A stretch of 64,000 nucleotides of DNA from Candidatus Obscuribacteraceae bacterium. Lineage in GTDB: Bacteria; Cyanobacteriota; Vampirovibrionia; Obscuribacterales; Obscuribacteraceae. The translations under genes were made by a program, and so were the position numbers. Positions 58,758-64,000 of this stretch are shown here, in pieces. Every line of letters begins with the position of its first letter. Within the stretch, counting starts at the first letter, position 1. The stretch covers positions 384,001-448,000 of the forward strand of contig JBGAHS010000003.1 of the NCBI GenBank assembly GCA_044226015.1, written 5' to 3'. Below the pieces are notes generated by a model that searched no databases, was not told where the DNA came from, and saw only the letters and a list, made by a program, of their open reading frames with translations.

Positions 58758-60368
58758 ATGGACATCTCGATTAGCGACCTGGTTTTACCAGTCAACCCAA
58801 CATTCTGCGTGCTTGCAGGCATCAGCGGACTGGCACTGGCATGGGTCATTGCTCGCCTTCGTGCGGGTAAGTGCCCCTTCCACTTCTCCAGCATCCAACA
58901 AACTGAGCCTCTAAACATGCAGAACCGCGCCACCACCAACGGTGCCGCACCTCCAATGGACAAACCACTGCGTGCTTCCGACCCGACCCACCGAGAGTTC
59001 CTTGCTGACCTGCAAGGCAACATTCTCAGCGGGCACGGGCGAGACCACGCCGCACACATCTTCGTCCAGTTCAAACCTGACGAAGCTGCAGCAGCGAAAA
59101 AATGGCTGGCAGCCTTTGCCCGCACGCACATCGTCTCGGCTGAGCAACAATTGCACGGCTCTCGACAGTTCCGCCTGCACGGCATCGATGCCGGACTTTT
59201 CGCTCACCTGGCTATCTCAGCGTCCGGCTACAAAGCCCTCGGTTTCAGCACACAAGAGACCCCTCAAGGGCTGAACCCGCGCAATCACGACGACAGCAAG
59301 GGCTACGACGAAGTCTATTGCAAAGGGCTAAAAGCACGGCAAGAAATCCTCAACGACCCAGCTCTGTCAGACTGGGAAGAAGCCTACAAAAACGACCTGC
59401 ACATGCTTGTGATGCTGGCAGCGGATGACGACGCACAACTCGATGACGCAACACAAAGTGTCTTGGGCTCGCTCAAGGCGATCAGCTCGAAACTGCACGT
59501 AGAACGCGGGCTCGGACTGACAAAACAGCTAAACCCGAGCGACCCGACAACTACAGCGCATGTGGAACACTTCGGCTATGTCGACGGTCGAAGCCAGCCT
59601 CTCATGCTCGAAGAACAAATCGAGCTTGAGCGCAAAAGGGGCAGTAAAAAATGGGACGCTTCAGCGCCACTAAATCTGGTGCTAGCACCAGATCCAAACG
59701 GCAAAAGCGGGCTGAGCTACGGCAGCTTCCTTGTATTCAGAAAACTTGAGCAGAACGTTCGCGGCTTCCACAAAGCCGTGAACGAACTTGCTGCAAAGCT
59801 AGGCGTCAGCCCCGAACTGGCTCAAGCCATGGTTATGGGTCGCTTCAAGGACGGAACGCCAGTCTCGCATCGCGACAACGGTGGGACTTCTGACGTTAGC
59901 AACGACTTCGACTTCAGCGATGATACGGACGGTTCACGCTGCCCGTTCCAAGCGCACATCCGCAAGTCAAATCCGCGCCTTTCGTCCACGGGCAAATCCG
60001 AACTTCGACATCGCATCGCTCGACGCGGTATTCCCTACGGTGGCACGCTCATTGAAAGCGAACGACTGGAAGACCTGCCCGAAAACGGCAGAGGACTTCT
60101 TTTCATGTGCTACCAGGCGGATATCTTCGAGCAGTTTGAGTTCATCCAGCGAACCTGGTCGAACTTCTCAAATTTCCCCCGGGCAAATACTGGTCTAGAC
60201 CCAGTCATCGGCCAGGACAACGCCTACGCACCCGCGAAAGCACAAAACTGGCCGACACAGTGGGGGAAAGAGGAACGCTGCCCGATTAGCTTTGCCGGAC
60301 ACGTCCGCATGAAAGGTGGTGAGTACTTCTTCTCACCCAGCCTGAGCTTCCTCAAAAGCCTGGGCTAA
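58758..60368 (+). CDS. Dyp-type heme peroxidase with N-terminal TM segment
   Basis: DLQGNIL, EHFGYVDGRSQP (GxxDG), GSFLVFRKLEQNV, AHIRKSNPR, RRGIPY, QFEFIQ, GGEYFFSPS; GAGG RBS. Confidence 0.92.
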   Translation: MDISISDLVLPVNPTFCVLAGISGLALAWVIARLRAGKCPFHFSSIQQTEPLNMQNRATTNGAAPPMDKPLRASDPTHREFLADLQGNILSGHGRDHAAHIFVQFKPDEAAAAKKWLAAFARTHIVSAEQQLHGSRQFRLHGIDAGLFAHLAISASGYKALGFSTQETPQGLNPRNHDDSKGYDEVYCKGLKARQEILNDPALSDWEEAYKNDLHMLVMLAADDDAQLDDATQSVLGSLKAISSKLHVERGLGLTKQLNPSDPTTTAHVEHFGYVDGRSQPLMLEEQIELERKRGSKKWDASAPLNLVLAPDPNGKSGLSYGSFLVFRKLEQNVRGFHKAVNELAAKLGVSPELAQAMVMGRFKDGTPVSHRDNGGTSDVSNDFDFSDDTDGSRCPFQAHIRKSNPRLSSTGKSELRHRIARRGIPYGGTLIESERLEDLPENGRGLLFMCYQADIFEQFEFIQRTWSNFSNFPRANTGLDPVIGQDNAYAPAKAQNWPTQWGKEERCPISFAGHVRMKGGEYFFSPSLSFLKSLG

Positions 60369-60432
60369 GAGCCGGGAGCTCTGCGCGGCAGAGCTCCCTT
60401 ATTTTTCAACTCTAGCGATCCAGGAGGATCCT

Positions 60433-61149
60433 ATGACTTACGCACTCCTGTCACAGCTTGTGACGAATGTGACGGCAGAGTTGGACACAATCAAGAAAAG
60501 CAGGAAGGCACTGGAAATTGCCGTCATGCGAGTCCAACCGCTTCTCAATAAGTACATCACCGAAGGTCACACCAAGTCTGACACTGAATTCAAGGTCTGC
60601 ACCCTCGGTCCTAGCTGCTGCAAGCGCGGCGGCATCGAGCTTCTGGCAGACATGAAGAAGATGGCAGAAGAGCAGCCCGAAGCTCGAGTAGTCGAGTCGG
60701 AATGCCTGCGTCGCTGCGGACGCGGTCCCAACGTCGAAGTCGGCGGCATCGTCTACACCCAGATGAATGCCGAGCGCGCCCGCGAACTCTTCGAGTCGCA
60801 ACTGAAGAAGCAAGCACTCAACGTCGACCTGCTGGTCAACGACGAGTTCGCTGCCGAGTCAGTAAACTGCGAGGAGAAGCGCTGCCGACTCGACCTCGAA
60901 ATCGGCAAAGCCAAGTCTACCCTGGCATCGCTTGGAGCCCAGATTCAGGCACTCGACGCCAACCTTTCGCATGAACCGCAACAGAAGGTGCTCGACCAGG
61001 TTTTGCTCATTCTGGCGATGAAATCGCATAGCGCGCTTCGTCCAGAAATCGAGGAAGCCGAACAGCTTCTGAAGCAGGTTCTGCCTCTCAACGCCTTCGT
61101 CGAGCGCATCTACGCACTCGAAAAGAATGAATGGGAGAAAAGACGCTGA
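60433..61149 (+). CDS. Thioredoxin-like [2Fe-2S] ferredoxin domain embedded in coiled-coil
   Basis: VCTLGPSCCKRGG..ECLRRCGRGPNV; helical flanks; AGGAGG RBS. Confidence 0.75.
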   Translation: MTYALLSQLVTNVTAELDTIKKSRKALEIAVMRVQPLLNKYITEGHTKSDTEFKVCTLGPSCCKRGGIELLADMKKMAEEQPEARVVESECLRRCGRGPNVEVGGIVYTQMNAERARELFESQLKKQALNVDLLVNDEFAAESVNCEEKRCRLDLEIGKAKSTLASLGAQIQALDANLSHEPQQKVLDQVLLILAMKSHSALRPEIEEAEQLLKQVLPLNAFVERIYALEKNEWEKRR

Positions 61150-61360
61150 GAAGAAGAAGGAGGAGGGGAGAATGAGCTTGTGCTCTATCTCCCCTCCTCT
61201 AATTTTCAGGACAGCTACTACCGCCCCTCGTAGTAAATACCACAGGACGCAAGACTCTTGTCGGACTCAGACAGATACCACAATCCACCGAAAAGACAAA
61301 AGAAACTACACAGACTGTTTGCATGAGATATGATCTTCTCCTCGACCCAGAGGAGTCATC

Positions 61361-62014
61361 GTGAATCAGGAACTCATCTCAGAGCTGCAAAATTCAGTTG
61401 AAAAATCATTCAGTGCCAACAAGAAAAATCGTTTTGTGCTGGGAATTTGCGGAGCACCAGGTGTCGGCAAGAGCACACTTGCAGATTGGATTGTCAGCAC
61501 ATGGAACAGCATTAGACCTAACTCTGCCGTGCTTTTACCTATGGATGGCTACCATCGTTCAAACAAAGAGCTAGAGCAAATGGGACTTCTGCCACTAAAA
61601 GGCATTCCCGCTAGCTTTAACTCGGAAGCGTTTTTGGCTAAGCTAAAGAATGTTCATTCAGCTCCAGCAGAGGTGCATCTCTGTCCAAAATTCGACCGCA
61701 GCATTGAAGCCTCAATCGACGATGCTATAGCAATCAAGCCCCATCATGAGCTGGTTGTCGTGGAAGGCAACTATCTGTTGTTAAATCAACCGCCATGGAA
61801 CGAAGTATGCCAGTTTCTTGATGAATCCTGGTTCTTGGACTGTAACGAAGACTTGATTCTTCCAAGACTGATAAGCAGGCACGAGTCCGCAGGAAAAACC
61901 GAACAACAAGCTAGAGCGAAAGTAGAGTCCACCGACCTACCCAATGCCAGACTTGTTCACGAGAGCCGAACAAACGCGTCCAAACTGATATCTGCGAAAC
62001 TTCTCTCAAACTAG
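61361..62014 (+). CDS. P-loop nucleoside/pantothenate-kinase-like protein (YggC/FrcK-like)
   Basis: GAPGVGKST, PMDGYH, KGIPASF, EGNYLL. Confidence 0.85.
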   Translation: MNQELISELQNSVEKSFSANKKNRFVLGICGAPGVGKSTLADWIVSTWNSIRPNSAVLLPMDGYHRSNKELEQMGLLPLKGIPASFNSEAFLAKLKNVHSAPAEVHLCPKFDRSIEASIDDAIAIKPHHELVVVEGNYLLLNQPPWNEVCQFLDESWFLDCNEDLILPRLISRHESAGKTEQQARAKVESTDLPNARLVHESRTNASKLISAKLLSN

Positions 62015-62140
62015 TCGATGAACACAAGCTGTTCAACAAATGAATACAGACTATATTTAAGGCAACAATGACTTGTCATTCGTTGATCATTTGCATCTGG
62101 ATTTCTAAACTTCATGCAGTAATCAAAGTAGGTCTCAGTC

Positions 62141-63136
62141 ATGAAGTCAAAAGCCGATAAGCAAATAAAAGAGAAAGAAAAGAGCAAAATCGAAGAAGAA
62201 GGCGGCAAAGAAAAAGACCACAAAGACAAAAATAAGGACAAAAAGAGCGAGAAGAACGAGAAGAGCGAGAAAAAGCACAAGAAGAAATTAAAGCACTTCA
62301 AAGTAACAACGGTTGAAAGCACTTCTTCAAACAGTTCTCAGTCCCAGCAGGGTTACGCCTTGTCACACACCATTTCATCACCAATATTTCGCGCGCCTGC
62401 ATTTGGCGGTGAATCAGAGACGAAAAACAAAAATGGCAGAGACCTTGCACTAACGCAACAACTTTTCTCCGCTCTGTTCAGCCAGCATCCCTGGCATGGT
62501 GCGTCTCCGGGCGAGGAAGTCCCACAAAAGGTAAGCGCTTACATCGAAATAGTTCCAACCGACAGCGTCAAATATGAGTTGGATAAGAACTCAGGACTTC
62601 TAAAAATTGACCGACCACATCGATTCTCAAGCACCTGCCCATCGCTCTATGGATTCATTCCACAGACTTATTGTGGAAAGCATGTAGCGGAACGCTGCAG
62701 TGAACACACTGGAAAAGATGATATCGTGGGTGATGGCGATCCACTCGATATTTGCGTTCTCACCAGCAAGCCTATTACACATGGAGACATTCTCGTTCAC
62801 TGCATTCCAATCGGCGGATTCAGAATGTTAGATGGCAATGAAGCAGATGACAAAATCATCGCAGTTCTCGAAAACGACCCGGTATACGGAGAGTACAGAG
62901 AGCTGAAAGATTGCCCCAAACAGCTTATAGATCCGCTCAGGCACTATTTTTTGACCTACAAACAAATTCCAGTTCGCGAAGAAAATGCAACAGTAGAAAT
63001 ATCCGAACTTTACGATCGCAAAGAAGCACACGAGATTATCGAACGAAGCATCAAAGATTACATCGAAGGCTTCGGCGAACCCAACGAACGAATCGAACAG
63101 TTATCCAGGATCCTAGCCCCTCATATAGTGAGTTGA
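62141..63136 (+). CDS. ppa: Inorganic pyrophosphatase (family I) with Lys/Glu-rich N-terminal tail
   Basis: HPWHG, KYELDK, YGFIPQT, DGDPLD, EADDKIIAV, HYFLTYK; exact start uncertain. Confidence 0.9.
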   Translation: MKSKADKQIKEKEKSKIEEEGGKEKDHKDKNKDKKSEKNEKSEKKHKKKLKHFKVTTVESTSSNSSQSQQGYALSHTISSPIFRAPAFGGESETKNKNGRDLALTQQLFSALFSQHPWHGASPGEEVPQKVSAYIEIVPTDSVKYELDKNSGLLKIDRPHRFSSTCPSLYGFIPQTYCGKHVAERCSEHTGKDDIVGDGDPLDICVLTSKPITHGDILVHCIPIGGFRMLDGNEADDKIIAVLENDPVYGEYRELKDCPKQLIDPLRHYFLTYKQIPVREENATVEISELYDRKEAHEIIERSIKDYIEGFGEPNERIEQLSRILAPHIVS

Positions 63137-63139
63137 ATT

Positions 63140-63682
63140 ATGCCTAACGCAAAAAAAATACTCACACTGTCAACAACTAGAGAGCCACACATTGAGCCTC
63201 CGAAGTTCCTCGAAGTCGCTACTGCAGATTTGCCTATCTATCGTAAATTGATAGATGCAGCAAAAACAGCTAGCAAGGACGCATACCAACCGTACTCGAA
63301 GTACAGCGTAGGAGCGGCAGTACTTAGCTTTGACGGAGAAATCTATTCGGGCTTCAACATTGAAAATTGTGGTTATTCTCAGACGATTCATGCCGAAGAG
63401 TCCGCAGTGACCAACGCACTGGCAAACGGGCTGATGAAGAGAGCCGCAGAAGCCGGGGTGAGTCAGTTTGATGCAATTCTTGCAGTCGCAGTGCATACGC
63501 CAGCTGGAAGCGACCCATGGCCGTGCTGCAATTGCCGTCAATTTCTCGGTGAGTTCGGTTACAAGATGCACATCATAGGCGAAGATGATAATGACGAGAT
63601 TCTCTGCCTAACTCTGGGCCAGCTAGTTCCCTTCGCCTTTCCGATCGAAGTGGTGCTTGCTAGTGTCCGGGGAAAGAACTGA
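63140..63682 (+). CDS. cdd: Cytidine deaminase
   Basis: AYQPYSKYSVGAA, NIEN, HAE, PCCNCRQ. Confidence 0.88.
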   Translation: MPNAKKILTLSTTREPHIEPPKFLEVATADLPIYRKLIDAAKTASKDAYQPYSKYSVGAAVLSFDGEIYSGFNIENCGYSQTIHAEESAVTNALANGLMKRAAEAGVSQFDAILAVAVHTPAGSDPWPCCNCRQFLGEFGYKMHIIGEDDNDEILCLTLGQLVPFAFPIEVVLASVRGKN

Positions 63683-63841
63683 TTCTTACCAATTCGTAAG
63701 CCAAGATGACGCTGGGCCAACCGTTTCTAGTAAACTTGCCTATTTCAGAATTAACTGCGGGGCTTACGTAGGCGACTCTTTCCAAACAGAAGAAGCTGTG
63801 TAAGATAGTCTACACGGTTGGAATTTGCTGGAGCCTTAATC

Positions 63842-64000
63842 ATGGGCTTTGATTTAGAGAACTCAGTGGAGCGTTTACTCGCCCCTGCAGACATAACGCA
63901 TAGCTGGCTAGACGAGCCAATAGCTTTTCGTAGCTTGCAAGTTTCCTCAGATAACTTGCACGGACTGCAATTGCCAATTCTCAAACTTGACCGAAATGAC
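63842..64000 (+). CDS. 5' part of a gene running off the window
   Basis: GGAG RBS then MGFDLENSVERLL.. open to the window end. Confidence 0.5.
   Translation, partial: MGFDLENSVERLLAPADITHSWLDEPIAFRSLQVSSDNLHGLQLPILKLDRND

Noticed and set aside
14101..61199. Intergenic hairpins as integron attC sites, with the 23767 gene as IntI
   Set aside because: No consistent RYYYAAC..GTTRRRY ends; the recombinase lacks catalytic residues and shows no IntI-specific insertion

Overview
Bacterial chromosomal window; the gene content (giant FHA proteins, many TPR/membrane hypotheticals, archaeal/eukaryotic-type ProRS) suggests a Melainabacteria/Obscuribacterales-like genome, which is inference only. It opens inside a >2500-aa FHA/EDR1-like protein. 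Housekeeping-type genes (mepA, spermidine-synthase fusion, two class-III aminotransferases, proS, tldD/tldE, ppa, cdd) alternate with five visibly GC-richer, co-oriented gene runs whose genes are often separated by strong GC hairpins. One run carries an mxaC/K/L/A-like VWA-TPR module and another a DAAO-DyP-2Fe2S trio. The best candidate for an undescribed system is a divergon at ~44.5-57.1 kb centred on Fur-box-like palindromes. Its right arm encodes a fused Cys/Met-lyase-like + cysteine-synthase/CBS-like PLP enzyme, a Y4yA-type PLP decarboxylase, an SDR, a cystathionine-lyase-like enzyme and a D-amino-acid-oxidase-like enzyme. Its left arm encodes an atypical double-wHTH Fur, a GCS2 carboxylate-amine ligase and an MFS; a second (BT1-type) MFS lies convergent with the right arm. 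This looks like a metal-regulated, NRPS- and NIS-independent amino-acid-derived metabolite or metallophore pathway. Other oddities are a catalytically degenerate Xer-like recombinase, a TIR-bounded 66-bp repeat element downstream of proS, and a pyrophosphatase with a poly-Lys/Glu tail. No rRNA, tRNA or CRISPR array was recognised. All family calls are by motif recognition, not database search.
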